Part shown: piece by piece, positions 13,564-22,474 of the stretch
Layout: every line of letters starts with the position of its first letter
Position numbering within the stretch: position 1 is the first letter of the stretch
Source of the DNA: an uncultured delta proteobacterium
GTDB taxonomy: Bacteria > Desulfobacterota > Syntrophia > Syntrophales > UBA2185
Reading direction: 5' to 3'
Length of the DNA: 64,000 bases
Assembly (NCBI GenBank): GCA_963705275.1
Contig: OY970063.1
Coordinates: 412,438 to 476,437 of the forward strand
Notes under the pieces: generated by a model
Databases searched by the model: none
What the model was told of the DNA's origin: nothing
Seen by the model: the letters and a program-made list of their open reading frames with translations, nothing else
Program-made: the position numbers and the translations under genes

Positions 13564-14202
13564 ACTCTGCCCCTCAACTCTGATTAATGTATGCTCTTAC
13601 GAGTCATTAACACAGCAAGTCTCTTGCGTCAATATTACGAATCGCCACACGAAATTGATTTTGATTCTGGATTAGTATTTACTGTTAACAAGAATTGGCG
13701 ACAAAACCCACTTATTTAAGATTGAGTCATTCTTTAAGACCATGGATTTCGGATTGAAAGAGCGTATCATTTAGTCAGGAGTTTTCCTGTATAATCCATT
13801 TGGATAGTCCTGCGGCTACCGCCAGCCGTGAAATATTTTCGATGGACAGTATCTGTGTCGGTTAGGGTCCGGAATCTTCCCGGTCGAAATATCTCCACTA
13901 GGGGTATGATCAACAAGAAAACATCTCATCAATTGGTCCAGCATCCAACAGTATCACAATACTTTTTAAATGTCGCTATATTAACCTGTGATTTAATCTG
14001 AACGTAAAGCTCTCTTGCCGGACACGGGCGAGAGTAAATTACGTCACCATTTCGCAAGAGACATTTGTTCTGTTGCCTCTACCTGACTGTCGGAAACTTC
14101 ACTGCCACCCGGAATGAGTAAGAATCAAATCGCAAAGCATCTCTGGGAAGATAGAAATTTCCCCTGTCCAGCCAAGTGATCGCGAATCAATCCTTCTAGT
14201 GC

Positions 14203-14727
14203 CTATTCGCAGCGAAGTACAGCGGATGTTTTGGCAAGTTCCAGATAAGCATCACGCTGGCGACCACTTACAAGCAACGTTTCGAGTCGGTCAAACAAAT
14301 CAACTGAGAACGTGAAGTCTCCTGCAGAGATGCTTAGTGTTTGAGCATCCTCACGGATTGGTCCACGCCAAAAGGGGTGAGTGCAATGAATTCCCTGTTG
14401 AAGTGCCATTGCAACATCATTTTGGTCATAAGCGACAAGGATATATTGGTTAATGTCGTCCTTAAATATTCCAGCCGGAAAAGGCAGAATTATGACGACG
14501 AAGCCCATTTTTGTTTCTGAGCTGGTATCACGAAAGAGATCAATCCCCCAGTAACGACTCGTTGCGATAGGTTTACCCAACAATTTATGCATTTCTGAGC
14601 GGCTAATATCCTTAGAGAATAGGATATTCGATCTATCCGGGAATTTGGCTGGCCAGGTATACTCTCCCGGGCACCCTCCCAAGAACGGAAGACAGAACAT
14701 GACAAATATCATGCAAACTCGACGCAT
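14203..14727 (-). CDS. Orphan lipoprotein, unknown function
   Basis: MRRVCMIFVMFCLPFLGGC is a signal peptide plus lipobox (LGGC). The ORF extends to 14778. I recognise no family. Confidence 0.5.
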   Translation of the reverse strand: MRRVCMIFVMFCLPFLGGCPGEYTWPAKFPDRSNILFSKDISRSEMHKLLGKPIATSRYWGIDLFRDTSSETKMGFVVIILPFPAGIFKDDINQYILVAYDQNDVAMALQQGIHCTHPFWRGPIREDAQTLSISAGDFTFSVDLFDRLETLLVSGRQRDAYLELAKTSAVLRCE

Positions 14728-14830
14728 AAGGTCTCGACCAAACAGCCAGGACTCATGCGAACCTGACCAAAGTCTCATTCGACGAAGAGCTTACCGTCAC
14801 AAACATATTCTCCATTTCGTTTATCCACCA

Positions 14831-14866
14831 ATAAAAAACCCCGACTCTTCTTTGAGAAACGGGGTT
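14831..14866 (-). terminator. Intrinsic terminator on the minus strand with no obvious upstream gene
   Basis: The minus strand reads AACCCCG-(16 nt)-CGGGGTT followed by TTTTTTAT. Confidence 0.6.
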
Positions 14867-15078
14867 TCAATAATCAGACCATATTACCCTCACGCAATGT
14901 TAAAGGGTTTATGAATTTTAATCTCGGGATTTATGTCTTTTGACTATCACGATTGCCATTAGAAATCTACAATGAAAATCAAAGATGGCTAGTCATTACT
15001 GGACTGTCAGGAAGTTGTTGTTCATTTGCAATGATTTGAACAATAGGACACACGATTGAAAAAATTAAATATTAATCC

Positions 15079-15107
15079 TTGACTTCCGAGATAAGACTCC
15101 ATATACT
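15079..15107 (+). promoter_or_regulatory. Sigma-70-type promoter of cspA (TTGACT-17 nt-TATACT)
   Basis: TTGACT at 15079-15084 and TATACT at 15102-15107. It implies a leader of about 140 nt. Confidence 0.65.
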
Positions 15108-15157
15108 ACAACCACTAAGTAAGTTTGGATTAAGACATTTTGAATTGCAAAGGATGG

Positions 15158-15191
15158 CCACCATACTTTTTAGAGTATCGGTGGTTTTTTT
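15158..15191 (+). terminator. Terminator-like hairpin plus U-tract inside the cspA leader (candidate attenuator)
   Basis: CCACCATACT-ttttag-AGTATcGGTGG forms a 10-bp stem with a 1-nt bulge, followed by TTTTTTT. It lies between the promoter and the cspA ATG. Confidence 0.55.
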
Positions 15192-15250
15192 CTTTCTGTC
15201 ATAGTGAAAATCCGACTTAAGAGAATATTTGGGAAAGGAGGATTAAAGCT

Positions 15251-15451
15251 ATGTCAGAAGGTAAAGTAAAGTGGTTTAATGAACACAAAGGCTTTGGTTT
15301 CATCGAAAATGATGAAGGCGGCGATTTGTTTGTTCATCACAGCGCCATACAGGGCGAAGGCTTCAAGACGTTGTCTGAAGGTCAGCGAGTGAGCTTTGAT
15401 GTTACCAAGGGCAAGAAAGGCCCGGCAGCAGAAAATGTGAAAGCATTATAA
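15251..15451 (+). CDS. cspA: Cold-shock protein (CSD)
   Basis: 66 aa with [12 protein letters not shown] and [11 protein letters not shown] motifs. AAGGAGG RBS. Confidence 0.95.
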   Translation: MSEGKVKWFNEHKGFGFIENDEGGDLFVHHSAIQGEGFKTLSEGQRVSFDVTKGKKGPAAENVKAL

Positions 15452-15471
15452 GTTCACAGGAACTAAGCAAG

Positions 15472-15513
15472 AGGCACTCAGAAATGAATTAGTGAGAGTG
15501 CCTTTTTGTTTTT
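15472..15513 (+). terminator. Intrinsic terminator after cspA
   Basis: AGGCACTC...GAGTGCCT 8-bp stem followed by TTTTTGTTTTT. Confidence 0.75.
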
Positions 15514-15591
15514 CCAATAATCCCGCGTATCGGTGATCAATAACGCGGGGTTCAAAAGATCGATTAACAATTTAAATGAGAGGAAAAATAA

Positions 15592-15921
15592 ATGAATAAG
15601 AATTTATATGTAGGCAATCTCACGGTGAATGCCACCGAAGATGTCTTAAAGGAGAATTTTGCTACAGCGGGAACAGTAGCTACAGTGACTGTTATCAAAG
15701 ACAACTACACAAAACAGTCCAAGGGATTTGGATTCGTAGAAATGGAGACTGAGGAAGGTGCGCGTCAAGCCATCGAAATGTTCAACGGTGGAAAGCTTGA
15801 CGGCAATGTAATTGTCGTCAATGAGGCTAAACCCAAGAGAGACCAGGGAGGTCCGAGACGCGATTTCGGTCGAGGCGGAGGATTTAGAGGCGGAAATAGC
15901 GGAGGCGGTCGCAGATACTAA
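15592..15921 (+). CDS. RRM-type RNA-binding protein with RGG-rich tail
   Basis: RNP2 LYVGNL, RNP1 KGFGFVEM, and the C-terminal GRGGGFRGGNSGGGRRY. Confidence 0.92.
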   Translation: MNKNLYVGNLTVNATEDVLKENFATAGTVATVTVIKDNYTKQSKGFGFVEMETEEGARQAIEMFNGGKLDGNVIVVNEAKPKRDQGGPRRDFGRGGGFRGGNSGGGRRY

Positions 15922-15969
15922 AGAGGGTGAAGATAATTTGCTTCACGGCATCTCTTAATCTTATCAATA

Positions 15970-16008
15970 AAAAGGCAGTTCCAGAAATGGCTCTGCCTTT
16001 TTTATTTT
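15970..16008 (+). terminator. Intrinsic terminator after the RRM gene
   Basis: AAAGGCAG...CTGCCTTT stem followed by TTTTATTTT. Confidence 0.75.
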
Positions 16009-16083
16009 GGTATCGTTTAAGAATTGGGGGTTGGAATAGATTGCCACTCGAATACAGGGAGGATGACGAATCATTTGAATGCC

Positions 16084-16112
16084 CTTGACATTCAGACGCT
16101 CAATGTTTAAAG
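16084..16112 (+). promoter_or_regulatory. Sigma-70-type promoter (TTGACA-17 nt-TAAAGT)
   Basis: TTGACA at 16084-16089 and TAAAGT at 16107-16112, about 40 nt upstream of the zinc-ribbon gene. Confidence 0.55.
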
Positions 16113-16149
16113 TTTGAATAATTGAAGGCCATTACGATAAGAGGAAGAC

Positions 16150-16356
16150 ATGCCCATTTACGAATTCAAATGCAGAAAATGCCGCAATACCTTTGAGGTT
16201 TTATTCCTGTCCGGCAGCGACAATCCGCCCGTAGCCTGCCCCGCGTGTAAATCAAGAAAGGCAGAGCGTTTGATGTCTAAATTCGGCGGAAAGATCGGCA
16301 ATACATCATCGGCAGGCTGCTCGTCCTGTGCGGCAACGTCCTGCGGCCCCTCCTGA
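16150..16356 (+). CDS. FmdB-family zinc-ribbon protein
   Basis: MPIYEFKCRKCRNTFEVL...CPACKS is the CxxC...CxxC pattern of the FmdB/CxxC_CxxC_SSSS family, with a Ser/Cys-rich tail. Confidence 0.85.
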   Translation: MPIYEFKCRKCRNTFEVLFLSGSDNPPVACPACKSRKAERLMSKFGGKIGNTSSAGCSSCAATSCGPS

Positions 16357-16570
16357 TCAGGCTGATCGCCTGTGGCAGGTCGCCACTTCAAAAAAAAAAT
16401 CAGTTATAATTATTGTTGTAAAAAAAGATGTAATTTACTATAAGCATGCAGCCGTGGCTGCCTGCCTTGAAATGCCAAGGCTAATATCATTAATAATTTC
16501 TCCTTTGTGATGACAAAAGCCGCAGGTTTCTGATACCTGCAAAAAATACTTTTAGAAAGAGACGAAGACA

Positions 16571-17245
16571 ATGAATATTCTTATGTTCGGACCAAATGGC
16601 AGCGGTAAGGGGACGTTCGGCGCAGTTTTAAGCGACAGATTCGGAATTCCCCAGATAGAGACAGGCGTAATCTTCAGAGACAATATCTCGAAAGGCACGC
16701 CATTGGGGAAAGAGGCGAAGTCATACATTGACAAGGGCGAGCTGGTCCCCGATGGAATTACCATTCCCATGATTCTCAGCCGTCTTAAAGAAAAGGACTG
16801 CGAAAAAGGGTGGCTGTTAGACGGGTTCCCGCGAAACAAGACGCAGGCGGTGGCCTTCTGGGATGCCCTCCAGAAAGAAAAGATAAAGCTTGATTACGTT
16901 GTTGAGCTTATTCTCGACAGGGATACAGCCAAGAAGCGCATCATGGGAAGACGTTTGTGCCCCAAGGACAACAACCATCCAAACAATATTTACGTCAAGG
17001 CAAATCTGCCCGTGGAGAAAGAAGGCAAGCTATACTGCCGCGTCTGCGGGAGCCCGGGACTCTTAACCAGGGCAGACGATCAGGATGAAGCGGCAATTGA
17101 CAAGAGGCATGGCATTTACTTTGATACGAATGCTGGTACACTCGCCGCCGTCAACTACTTCAAGGAAAGAGTAAAGGTCATTCAGGTGGATACTGTTCCC
17201 GGCGTCAAGGAGGTTTCGGAAAGTCTCTTTAAATTGGTGAAGTAG
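16571..17245 (+). CDS. adk: Adenylate kinase (divergent P-loop and long LID)
   Basis: GPNGSGKGT P-loop, LLDGFPRN, and a long LID ending in LTRADDQDE. Confidence 0.85.
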   Translation: MNILMFGPNGSGKGTFGAVLSDRFGIPQIETGVIFRDNISKGTPLGKEAKSYIDKGELVPDGITIPMILSRLKEKDCEKGWLLDGFPRNKTQAVAFWDALQKEKIKLDYVVELILDRDTAKKRIMGRRLCPKDNNHPNNIYVKANLPVEKEGKLYCRVCGSPGLLTRADDQDEAAIDKRHGIYFDTNAGTLAAVNYFKERVKVIQVDTVPGVKEVSESLFKLVK

Positions 17246-17270
17246 AGAGCAAAAAAATACTGCACAGTAG

Positions 17271-17304
17271 AAGCCTTCCTCAGATGCAACGGGAAGGCTT
17301 TTTT
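17271..17304 (+). terminator. Intrinsic terminator after adk
   Basis: AAGCCTTCC...GGAAGGCTT 9-bp stem followed by TTTTT. Confidence 0.75.
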
Positions 17305-17348
17305 GTCGGCATTCCCAAATGCTGTGCGCAAGTATAACGCAGCAACCG

Positions 17349-18014
17349 TCAAAGCGCCTTGCCTAAATAAGCGAGAATGTCCTGGAAATTTTCATAGTGC
17401 ACGCACGCAGTGCCGTCCTGCCTGCAGGTCTCATATAGGACATCCTTGGCAAAAACGAGGTCTGCGTCTTTCGCAGGACATATATCGGAATATCCGTTGC
17501 CTACGTAGATTACCCGGTCATAGTCCGATCGGTACTCTCTCAGAACGCCCTTCTTACACGTGCCGCACTTCTCACATTCATCGTTCATCCGGGGAAATTC
17601 TATTGAGAGCTTGTTGCCATCATGAAAAACCGTCACATTGGAAAAAAATTCAATATCCTGAAGATTGTTCTTTTTCAGTATCGCGTCTATATAAAAATCG
17701 AGGCCGTCGGATACGATCTTGAGATCTACTCCATTGCTTAGACAGAACCGGTAGAACTCAAGAAAATATGGATCTATCCTTTCGCGGCTGCTGACAAATT
17801 CCAGCATCTGTGCCCTGCTCCCTGTGAAGAGAGAAGCTACCTGCGTGTAGGCAACCAGGGAACCAATCTCGCCCATACAATACGCGCGGTCTATCTCTTC
17901 CCAGCCCTTATCGGTGAAGCGGTTCAGGATTTCATTTCCCATATCAACAGTGGAGACGGTTCCGTCAAAGTCACACAGAACCAGCATTCTCGGTTTCTTT
18001 GCGCCTGCACTCAT
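17349..18014 (-). CDS. HAD-IB family phosphatase (MtnX-like)
   Basis: HAD motif I CDFDGTVS, a later GNGYSD motif, and a CEKCGTCK cysteine cluster. Confidence 0.7.
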   Translation of the reverse strand: MSAGAKKPRMLVLCDFDGTVSTVDMGNEILNRFTDKGWEEIDRAYCMGEIGSLVAYTQVASLFTGSRAQMLEFVSSRERIDPYFLEFYRFCLSNGVDLKIVSDGLDFYIDAILKKNNLQDIEFFSNVTVFHDGNKLSIEFPRMNDECEKCGTCKKGVLREYRSDYDRVIYVGNGYSDICPAKDADLVFAKDVLYETCRQDGTACVHYENFQDILAYLGKAL

Positions 18015-18337
18015 GATTGCTGTTTTTTCTTATAATGCTTTATCAGAACATTGATGCCGAAAAGGATCAAGAGCACGGGAAGGAGGTATTTTGCAATTAT
18101 GTGAAGATCGTACCCCCAGTTATTTACCAAGAGGAAAATCACCCCGGCCGCGCCGATGAACCATCCCCCGATATCCTTAACACGCTGCATCAGCGTGCCC
18201 GCGGCAATGGCCATCAAGAGTATGGGCCAGCTCTTATCGAACCCATAGATACCAGTATTGTCCAGGATAATGAGCACGCCCAATGTAATAAGGATCATCC
18301 CGCCTGTCAGGATATGTCTCTTTTCCCTTGCCTCCAT
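18011..18337 (-). CDS. Small integral membrane protein (about 4 TM helices)
   Basis: 108 aa, almost entirely hydrophobic helices. ATGA overlap with the HAD gene. Confidence 0.5.
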   Translation of the reverse strand: MEAREKRHILTGGMILITLGVLIILDNTGIYGFDKSWPILLMAIAAGTLMQRVKDIGGWFIGAAGVIFLLVNNWGYDLHIIAKYLLPVLLILFGINVLIKHYKKKQQS

Positions 18338-18364
18338 TTGCAGTCAACTCCTATTCAAAGAAGA

Positions 18365-19123
18365 TCATTTCCCTCTCTCTGCAAGGCTCAGAAAGGGTTT
18401 GAACAGATCGATCGGAATGGGAAAGAGCGTCGTCGAGTTGTTCTCGGCTGCGATCTGATTCAAGGTCTGGAGATACCGGAGCTGCAGGGACATCGGCTGT
18501 GTTTCCATGAGGGCCGCCGCTTCGATCAGCTTCTGGGCGGCCTGGAACTCGCCTTCCGCATTGATGACCTTTGCCCGCCGTTCTCTCTCCGCTTCGGCCT
18601 GTTTGGCAATGGCCCGTTTCATCTCCTCGGGCAGATCGATCTGCTTGACCTCGACGTGAGAAACCTTGATTCCCCAAGGTTCGGTGCTCCGGTCCAGGAT
18701 CTCCTGGAGCTGGAGGTTGATCTTCTCCCGCTGCGAGAGGATTTCGTCGAGCTCCACCTGGCCGCAGACGCTCCGGAGGGTCGTCTGGGCAAGCTGGGAC
18801 GTGGCATAGAGGTAATTCTCCACGTTAATCACGGCGTCGTTCGCGTCCATGACCTTGAAATAAACGACGGCGTTGACCTTGATCGATACATTGTCCCGGG
18901 TGATCACGTCCTGCGGGGGAACATCCATCGTGATCGTCCGCATGTCGATCTTGACCATCCTGTCGACGACCGGTATCAGGATGATAAGCCCCGGGCCCTT
19001 TGTGTCGATGACCCTCCCCAGACGGAAGATTACGCCTCGTTCATACTCGTTGAGGATCCGGATGGCTGATGCCAGAAACATGACTACCAAGACTACCAGT
19101 ACAATAAATGGAATGGAAAACAT
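18365..19123 (-). CDS. SPFH/band-7 (stomatin-like) protein
   Basis: N-terminal TM helix, then the conserved pattern [16 protein letters not shown]...TRDNV...[11 protein letters not shown]. Confidence 0.93.
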   Translation of the reverse strand: MFSIPFIVLVVLVVMFLASAIRILNEYERGVIFRLGRVIDTKGPGLIILIPVVDRMVKIDMRTITMDVPPQDVITRDNVSIKVNAVVYFKVMDANDAVINVENYLYATSQLAQTTLRSVCGQVELDEILSQREKINLQLQEILDRSTEPWGIKVSHVEVKQIDLPEEMKRAIAKQAEAERERRAKVINAEGEFQAAQKLIEAAALMETQPMSLQLRYLQTLNQIAAENNSTTLFPIPIDLFKPFLSLAERGK

Positions 19124-19143
19124 AATAACCCTCCCTGTCTATT

Positions 19144-20445
19144 TTAGATTTCTTCAACCTTGATTTTCAGACCTTCGACCTTTACGACCTTAATCCCCCT
19201 ACCCGCCTCAATGCGCTTGTCGCTTGTTGCATTCCAATACTCCCCCTTTATGAGGGCTGTTCCTGTTTCATAAATATCGGTGACCGCTTTTCCTTCCTCA
19301 CCGGCCATGCCTTCCTTTCCTGTCCGCCGTTTTCTCATCTGAGCCTTCAGGACCAGGGCGATTACACCCGCAAAAAACAAGCAGATGATGGTCAGCACAG
19401 GGATCATGACACTCCACGACACCCGCAGCGCCGGGTCAGGCGATTCGAAGAGCAATAGCGAACCCAGGACAAGGGAAATAATCCCTCCCACCGTCAGCAG
19501 GCCATGACTGATAACCTTTATCTCTGCGATAAAGAGGATGATACCGAAAAGAATAAGCAGGATCCCCGCATAATTGACCGGCAGCGTCTGCAGGGCAAAA
19601 AAGGCCATGATGAGCGAGATGCCGCCGATGACTCCGGGGAGGATGACACCCGGATGGGCCAGTTCGAAATAAAGACCTGCAAGTCCGACGAGCAGGAGGA
19701 TATACGCTATATTCGGATCGCTGATAGCTGCAAGAACCCTCTGTCGCGTGCCCATTTTCTTCTCATTGATTACGGCATACTTTGTCCTGATCACTCTCTT
19801 CCCGGATGAAACGGATACCTCTTTCCCGTCCATCTGCTCCAGCAGCCTGTTTAGATCGGGCGCAACAAAATCTATTACCTTGAGTTTAAGGGCCTCTTCA
19901 GCTGTAACAGACTCGCTCTTTCTGACTGATTTCTCGACCCAGTCTGCATTTCGCCCCCTCTTGTCTGCTATTCCTCTGACATAGGCTACGGCATCATTTT
20001 CCACCTTCTTCATCATAGTCTTATCCGAAGCGCCCATGCCCAGGCCCACCGGGTGGGCGGCGCCGATATTCGTGCCGGGGGTCATGGCCGCGACGTGCGC
20101 GGCAATCGTGATTATCACTCCTGCGGAAGCTGCCCGTGCTCCGGAAGGATGCACGTATACTATAACAGGTATGGATGAGTTTAAAATAGCCTTCGCAATA
20201 TCCCTCATGGCGAGATCCAAACCACCGGGCGTATCCAGGAGAATGATCAGTCCATCGGAACCTGTTTTCGCCGAAGCATCTATGCTTTGAACAATATATT
20301 CGGCAATAGGCGGCGTAATCGTCGCATGGACGGTGATGGTATCAAAGACGGGCTTTTTTTCTTCTGCGAGCAATTGGCCGAAAATAGGCACGACGAGAAG
20401 CAATGCAAAAATTAGAACCGGAATATTGATTTTATTTCTTGTCAT
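19144..20445 (-). CDS. NfeD-family membrane-bound serine protease (ClpP-like domain, TM block, C-terminal OB)
   Basis: 433 aa with a signal sequence, a ClpP-like region (SAGV...), 4-5 TM helices and the C-terminal NfeD beta-domain. It lies immediately upstream of the SPFH gene, the usual pairing. Confidence 0.88.
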   Translation of the reverse strand: MTRNKINIPVLIFALLLVVPIFGQLLAEEKKPVFDTITVHATITPPIAEYIVQSIDASAKTGSDGLIILLDTPGGLDLAMRDIAKAILNSSIPVIVYVHPSGARAASAGVIITIAAHVAAMTPGTNIGAAHPVGLGMGASDKTMMKKVENDAVAYVRGIADKRGRNADWVEKSVRKSESVTAEEALKLKVIDFVAPDLNRLLEQMDGKEVSVSSGKRVIRTKYAVINEKKMGTRQRVLAAISDPNIAYILLLVGLAGLYFELAHPGVILPGVIGGISLIMAFFALQTLPVNYAGILLILFGIILFIAEIKVISHGLLTVGGIISLVLGSLLLFESPDPALRVSWSVMIPVLTIICLFFAGVIALVLKAQMRKRRTGKEGMAGEEGKAVTDIYETGTALIKGEYWNATSDKRIEAGRGIKVVKVEGLKIKVEEI

Positions 20446-20481
20446 GGATTGCCTCTCTCAATCTTTCAGCTGTATGATAAA

Positions 20482-21231
20482 TTATTGTGCAATTTGCCCT
20501 GACAACATTTTCATTATCTTCTGAACGTCTTCCCACACCTGCTTCTTTGCGCCCGGATTCCTCAGAAGATACGCGGGATGATAAGTAGGCATCAATTGAA
20601 TCCCGTGATATGCGTGAAACTTGCCCCGCAGCAATGTTATGGGTACATCCGTCTTGAGCAACGTGCGGGCGGCAAACGTCCCCAGCGCACAGATTACCCG
20701 TGGGTTAATCGCCTCAAGCTGCTTGACAAGAATCGGTTCACAGGCAGCTATTTCTTCAGGCCTGGGGTTGCGGTTACCTGGAGGACGGCATTTGAGGATG
20801 TTGCATATATAGACGTCAGTCCTCTTCAATCCCATGGCCTCGATAATCCTGGTCAGGAGCTGTCCGGCGCGTCCGACAAATGGTCTTCCCTGGATATCTT
20901 CATCTCCGCCCGGCGCCTCGCCAACAAAGACGATCTCGGCCTTAGGATTACCCTCGCCAAAGACAATATTGGTTCTGAGGCGTCCGAGGGGGCATCTCTG
21001 ACAATCACCGAGTTCTTTTTTCACATCTCCGAGAGTCAATGTTTTCCGGGACGGCTCCAGGCTCTGCATCCCGGATTTGTCACCGGTGGATTTGACATCA
21101 GCCGCAGCCTCTGCTTTCATACGCAGGTACGTCGGCGTTTTCCCCGCATCGATATCAGACTGGATTTGTGATTTCAGTGATCGAACCAGCTCCAGAAGCT
21201 CATCTGCCGGATTCCCTTTTGCACCTTCCAT
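20482..21231 (-). CDS. Family 4 uracil-DNA glycosylase
   Basis: CxRC...GEAPGGDED motif and HPAYLLRNP near the C-terminus. Confidence 0.88.
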   Translation of the reverse strand: MEGAKGNPADELLELVRSLKSQIQSDIDAGKTPTYLRMKAEAAADVKSTGDKSGMQSLEPSRKTLTLGDVKKELGDCQRCPLGRLRTNIVFGEGNPKAEIVFVGEAPGGDEDIQGRPFVGRAGQLLTRIIEAMGLKRTDVYICNILKCRPPGNRNPRPEEIAACEPILVKQLEAINPRVICALGTFAARTLLKTDVPITLLRGKFHAYHGIQLMPTYHPAYLLRNPGAKKQVWEDVQKIMKMLSGQIAQ

Positions 21232-21238
21232 GGTGGGA

Positions 21239-22474
21239 CTACCTGTCCCGAACTGCGGGCCGCTTTCTAGGAGCAGGCTGCCTGCTCGTTATGATCTTCT
21301 TAACCCTGTCAAGAATTCTGTCCGCAACATCCATCTTGCCCATCAAGGGTACATTTTCGATTTTACCGTCGGCGCTGATGATCTTGATTATATTTGTGTC
21401 GTATCCGAATCCGGCACCTTCCTTCGTTACGTCATTGGCAACAATAATATCCATATTTTTTTTCTTCAGTTTGTTCCTGGCATTTTCAACAATATTCTCC
21501 GTCTCCACGGCAAAACCTACGAGGATACGATTGCCCTTCTTTCTGCCGATTTCCAGTATAATGTCCGGATTCCGCTCCAGTTTTAGATCAAGCCCGTTGC
21601 CGCCTTTCTTAATCTTGCGGGCGGAACGGGACGATGGACGATAATCGGCCACGGCGGCGGCTTTGATGACAACGGTTGAAGAATCAAAATGGTCCATAAC
21701 GGCGTCTCTCATATCGACAGCGCTTGCGACAGAAATGAATGTCATATCACGCGGCGTGGGCAACGTCGTAGGGCCGCTTATCAGTGTAACTTGTGCGCCT
21801 CGCCGCTTTGCAGTGATTGCCAATGCATATCCCATTTTTCCTGAGGAATAATTGGTGATATATCTAACCGGGTCAAACGGTTCACGGGTGGGGCCTGCCG
21901 TTACAAGTATCTTTTCTCCCACGAGATCCTTGGGCGTAAGTACGGATTCCACCTCTTCCAAAATGTCCGGTATCTCCGGCAACCTCCCATAGCCCTCCGC
22001 CTTGCAGGCAAGCTCGCCATACCCGGGCACCATGAACAGATAGCCATGGGCCGTCAGCTTGCTGATATTCTCTTTCACGATGGCGTTATTGTACATGTTC
22101 ACATTCATGGCTGGACAGATGAGCACCGGGGCTTTCGTTGCCATAACCGTCGTAGTCAGAATATCGTCTGCCAGCCCCGAAGCTATCTTCCCGATGATAT
22201 TTGCTGTGGCGGGCGCAATCACGACGATATCCGCGTACTCTGCAAGGGAAATATGGGCCATATCGAAGTCTGTCAAAGGAACGAACATTTCCGTAAAGAC
22301 GGGATGCCCTGAAAGGGTCTGGAGGGTGAGAGGCGTTATGAACTCGCACGCGTTCTTTGTCATGATTACCCTGACCATGGCCTCCTTCTTTACAAACTCC
22401 CTCGTCAGCTCAGCGGATTTATAGGCAGCAATCCCCCCCGTTACGCCAAGAACTATTTTTTTATCTTTTAGCAT
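21239..22474 (-). CDS. coaBC: Bifunctional phosphopantothenoylcysteine decarboxylase / synthetase
   Basis: GVTGGIAAYKS flavoprotein N-domain and a C-terminal synthetase domain. The ORF is open to 22510; the MLKDKK start is preferred. Confidence 0.93.
   Translation of the reverse strand: MLKDKKIVLGVTGGIAAYKSAELTREFVKKEAMVRVIMTKNACEFITPLTLQTLSGHPVFTEMFVPLTDFDMAHISLAEYADIVVIAPATANIIGKIASGLADDILTTTVMATKAPVLICPAMNVNMYNNAIVKENISKLTAHGYLFMVPGYGELACKAEGYGRLPEIPDILEEVESVLTPKDLVGEKILVTAGPTREPFDPVRYITNYSSGKMGYALAITAKRRGAQVTLISGPTTLPTPRDMTFISVASAVDMRDAVMDHFDSSTVVIKAAAVADYRPSSRSARKIKKGGNGLDLKLERNPDIILEIGRKKGNRILVGFAVETENIVENARNKLKKKNMDIIVANDVTKEGAGFGYDTNIIKIISADGKIENVPLMGKMDVADRILDRVKKIITSRQPAPRKRPAVRDR

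Noticed and set aside
13564-14202. c-di-GMP (GEMM-type) or other riboswitch in the ORF-free stretch, prompted by CGCAAAGC at about 14,131
   Set aside because: The surrounding sequence does not reproduce the paired P1/P2 helices or the tetraloop-receptor pattern of GEMM-I. I cannot support any riboswitch class by eye.
18017-19069. 350-aa plus-strand ORF, the longest unassigned ORF in the track
   Set aside because: It is exactly antisense to the SPFH gene and the small membrane gene, both of which have clear family signatures. Its translation is low-complexity (R/H/D/L/P-rich) and it has no RBS. It is a by-product of the high-GC3 codon usage of the opposite strand.
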